A DNA stretch of 63,879 bases from the IMG/VR virus record IMGVR_UViG_3300021425_000033, positions 1-63,879 of that record. One strand, written 5' to 3'. The notes under the pieces were generated by a model. It was not told the origin of the DNA, did no database searches, and was given only the letters and a program-made list of their open reading frames with translations. Below are positions 61,387 to 63,879 of the stretch, in pieces (within the stretch, counting starts at the first letter, position 1; each line of letters starts with the position of its first letter). Origin of the DNA: a virus. Its lineage: Duplodnaviria; Caudoviricetes. A program made the position numbers and the translations under genes.

Positions 61387-62385
61387 ATGTTTGAATATTT
61401 TTACCACGAAATATTAAGAAGAACTATTGTTTCGTTTGGTTCTTTGTTTAATGATATTTCAATTAAACATACGGACAATTCAGATTCGGTCGTAAGCACG
61501 ATCAAAGTTCCTCTTGCATATGGACCAATTCAAAAGTTTTTGGCAAGATTGGAACAAGTTTCTGATTTGAACAAACCAGTTCAAATGTCATTGCCTAGAA
61601 TGTCATTCGAATTTACTGGATTGACATATGACACTTCAAGAAAGGTAACAACTACTCAAACGTTTTTATCATCTTTAACGTCTGATAAGACTAAACCAAG
61701 AAAGTCTTATATGCCTGTTCCATATAATATGTCATTTGAACTTAGCATTATGACTAAGTTAAATGATGATATGCTTCAGATTATCGAGCAAATTATTCCA
61801 TATTTTCAACCCGCATATACTATGAGTGTTGATCTCGTTGAAACAATTGGAGAAAAAAGAGACATTCCTGTTGTTCTTGAAGGAATATCAATGCAAGATG
61901 ATTATGAAGGAGATTATTCTACAAGAAGATCTTTAATTTATACTTTAAGATTTACAGCAAAAACATATCTGTTTGGTCCCATCGCAGATGTTTCCAAAGA
62001 TATTATCGAAAAGGTTTCTGTTGGATATATTGCAGGAGATCGTACAAGCACTCCAACAAGAGAGGTTACTTATTCCGTTGAACCAGTAGCAACTAAGAGT
62101 TATACTAACAACGTTGTTACAAACCTTTCTAAGGATGTAACAGATTTATCGACTATTATTGAAGTTAATGATGCATCAACAATTTCTGTTGGTGGAGTAA
62201 TAGTTATTGATAACGAAAACTTCAGAGTTGCTTCTAAATCTGGAAGTAAAATCACAGTTGAACGTGGATATGATGAAACAACTCCAACATCTCATGTTTC
62301 TGGATCCGAAGTCAAATTAATTACCAATGCGGATGCAAATCTAATTCAATTTGGAGATGATTTTGGGTTTAGTGGTTTATTGTAA
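61387..62385 (+). CDS. gp15: Tail sheath stabilizer/terminator gp15
   Basis: YFYHEILRRTIVSFGSLFN...VPLAYGP.QKFLARL...LPRMSFE...QIIEQI.PYFQP. Confidence 0.93.
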   Translation: MFEYFYHEILRRTIVSFGSLFNDISIKHTDNSDSVVSTIKVPLAYGPIQKFLARLEQVSDLNKPVQMSLPRMSFEFTGLTYDTSRKVTTTQTFLSSLTSDKTKPRKSYMPVPYNMSFELSIMTKLNDDMLQIIEQIIPYFQPAYTMSVDLVETIGEKRDIPVVLEGISMQDDYEGDYSTRRSLIYTLRFTAKTYLFGPIADVSKDIIEKVSVGYIAGDRTSTPTREVTYSVEPVATKSYTNNVVTNLSKDVTDLSTIIEVNDASTISVGGVIVIDNENFRVASKSGSKITVERGYDETTPTSHVSGSEVKLITNADANLIQFGDDFGFSGLL

Positions 62386-62394
62386 AGAAACAGT

Positions 62395-62826
62395 ATGAAA
62401 ATGACAAGAAAATTCGATGATCTTAATGATACATTTAATGTTGCCGGAGATATAGTATCTCGTGAAGTAGAATCTGTTGAAGAAAAGGTAGAATCTATAG
62501 CATCAGTTTCTAATGATCTCAAAAAAGATTATGAGTATACTAGAGGCAACTTATATTCAATCATCGAAAAAGGTCAAGAAGCACTCAATGGTATTTTAGA
62601 ACTTGCACAAGAAAGTGAAATGCCAAGGGCATATGAAGTTGCTGGACAACTAATTAAAAATGTTGCTGATGCGACAGATAAATTAATTGATTTGCAAAAG
62701 AAACTAAAAGATATTGATGAGCAAAAAGTCAAAGGACCAACCAATGTTACTAATGCACTTTTTGTTGGTTCTACTGCAGAGTTATCAAAACTATTGAAGA
62801 ACGGAATTACTGAAGATAATAAATAG
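62395..62826 (+). CDS. gp16: Terminase small subunit gp16
   Basis: DYEYTRGNLY..IEKG..A...A.ESE.PRAYEV...NALFVGSTAELSK. Confidence 0.92.
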   Translation: MKMTRKFDDLNDTFNVAGDIVSREVESVEEKVESIASVSNDLKKDYEYTRGNLYSIIEKGQEALNGILELAQESEMPRAYEVAGQLIKNVADATDKLIDLQKKLKDIDEQKVKGPTNVTNALFVGSTAELSKLLKNGITEDNK

Positions 62827-62869
62827 TACAAAGGGAGAGAAATCCCGAAGTACTATTGTTACTAATAAG

Positions 62870-63879
62870 ATGTCAAAGGATGAATTACCTTCGATTGAGC
62901 AGTTTGTTTCTAATGACAAATTGCCTTCCGTAGATGAATTTTTAACAGAAGAAACAGAGCAAGAATTACCCTCTGTTGAAGATTTTATTGAGAAAGAAGA
63001 AGTAATAGACCTAAATGAAGAATCGATTAATGTTTCTGGAGACTTTAACGGAACATTAGTTGTAGGAGATTCTAAAGGTCAAGAAAATCAATCTGAAGGA
63101 TATCTTATTGCTAAAATTCTTGAGTTAATCTCCGAGGTAAGGAAAGATATTCCGGAGATACCTGAAATAAAATATTATGATGAAGAATTACAAAGACTTT
63201 CTGAAATCGTAGATCAAGTAAGATCTGAAATACCAGAAGTAAAATATTACGAAGAAGATATTGAAAGACTTTCTGAAATCGTAGATCAAGTAAGATCTGA
63301 GATACCGAAAGTAAAATATTATGATGAAGAGTTAGAAAGACTTTGTGAAATTGTTGATCAAGTAAGATCTGAAATACCTGAAGTAAAATATTACGAAAAG
63401 GATATTGAAAGGTTAGAAGAAAATATCCAAGAAGTTAAAAATCAAATCCCCACTTTTCCCAAGTGGGTCAATGAGGTAAATGAAGTTCCCGATTTTTCCT
63501 GGATTGGGAAAAATTTTAGTGTAATTGATGATGACTTAATTAAAGTAAATGATAAGATAGAAACTTTAAAAGAAACATTAAAGTTAGATCTTGACTCTTT
63601 TATTGAAGAAAATGGGGTAAAGTTCTTTGAAAGTAAGGTTGAAATTCAATCTAATATCAAAGAGATAGATGAAAAATATCAAGAATCAAAGGATAGAATC
63701 TGGAAAGAACTTAGAGAATCATCACTCAAAATCTGGGAATACCACAAGGAGTTTAAAGATGATGATCGAAAGTTAAAAAAACAAATTACAAATGAATACA
63801 ATATTCTCAAAAACAATTTAGAAGAAAAACTAAAAGAATTTAATGAGAATAGTGTAAAAACTGATCAGGTTCTTTTAAA
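62870..63879 (+). CDS. Acidic coiled-coil repeat protein, 3'-truncated by window edge
   Basis: ATG at 62870: MSKDELPSIEQF...; LPS[IV]xxF repeats and IPEVKYYDEE repeats. Frame appears open to the window end. Confidence 0.75.
   Translation, partial: MSKDELPSIEQFVSNDKLPSVDEFLTEETEQELPSVEDFIEKEEVIDLNEESINVSGDFNGTLVVGDSKGQENQSEGYLIAKILELISEVRKDIPEIPEIKYYDEELQRLSEIVDQVRSEIPEVKYYEEDIERLSEIVDQVRSEIPKVKYYDEELERLCEIVDQVRSEIPEVKYYEKDIERLEENIQEVKNQIPTFPKWVNEVNEVPDFSWIGKNFSVIDDDLIKVNDKIETLKETLKLDLDSFIEENGVKFFESKVEIQSNIKEIDEKYQESKDRIWKELRESSLKIWEYHKEFKDDDRKLKKQITNEYNILKNNLEEKLKEFNENSVKTDQVLL
63158..63420 (+). repeat. 72-bp coding tandem repeat (about 3.6 copies)
   Basis: IPE[IV]KYY[DE]E[ED][LI][QE]RL[SC]EIVDQVRSE units in an A-B-A-B pattern. 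Confidence 0.9.

Noticed and set aside
1-63879. tRNA, rRNA, introns, inteins, integrase
   Set aside because: No cloverleaf, intron-split gene, intein motif or recombinase signature was recognised by eye.

Overview
This 63.9 kb window is an AT-rich segment of a T4-like cyanomyovirus genome, with essentially all real genes on the + strand. It has four blocks. (1) 1-7.5 kb is a late-promoter accessory island: two 2OG-Fe(II) oxygenases, two sulfotransferase-like genes, a 945-aa protein of 18 Kelch-like blades (3 x 6) with a near-constant framework and hypervariable loops, and a free-standing HNH endonuclease behind a structured leader. (2) 7.5-31.4 kb is an early/hypervariable region of about 70 mostly tiny ORFs. 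It carries 15 copies of a conserved inverted-repeat plus -10 element at fixed spacing, a four-gene split Type ISP-like restriction-modification cluster, a second SF2 helicase, further PD-(D/E)XK-like genes and several deletion-scar chimeras. (3) About 30-31.7 kb holds non-coding stretches with 33-bp iteron-like repeats and divergent sigma70 promoters (candidate origin). (4) 32-63.9 kb is the conserved T4-like structural module: gp25, gp6, gp7, gp8, a VrlC/DUF4815-like protein with a collagen insert, gp13, gp14, gp15 and gp16. No tRNA, rRNA, CRISPR array or reverse transcriptase was seen. All family assignments come from motif recognition by eye, not database searches.
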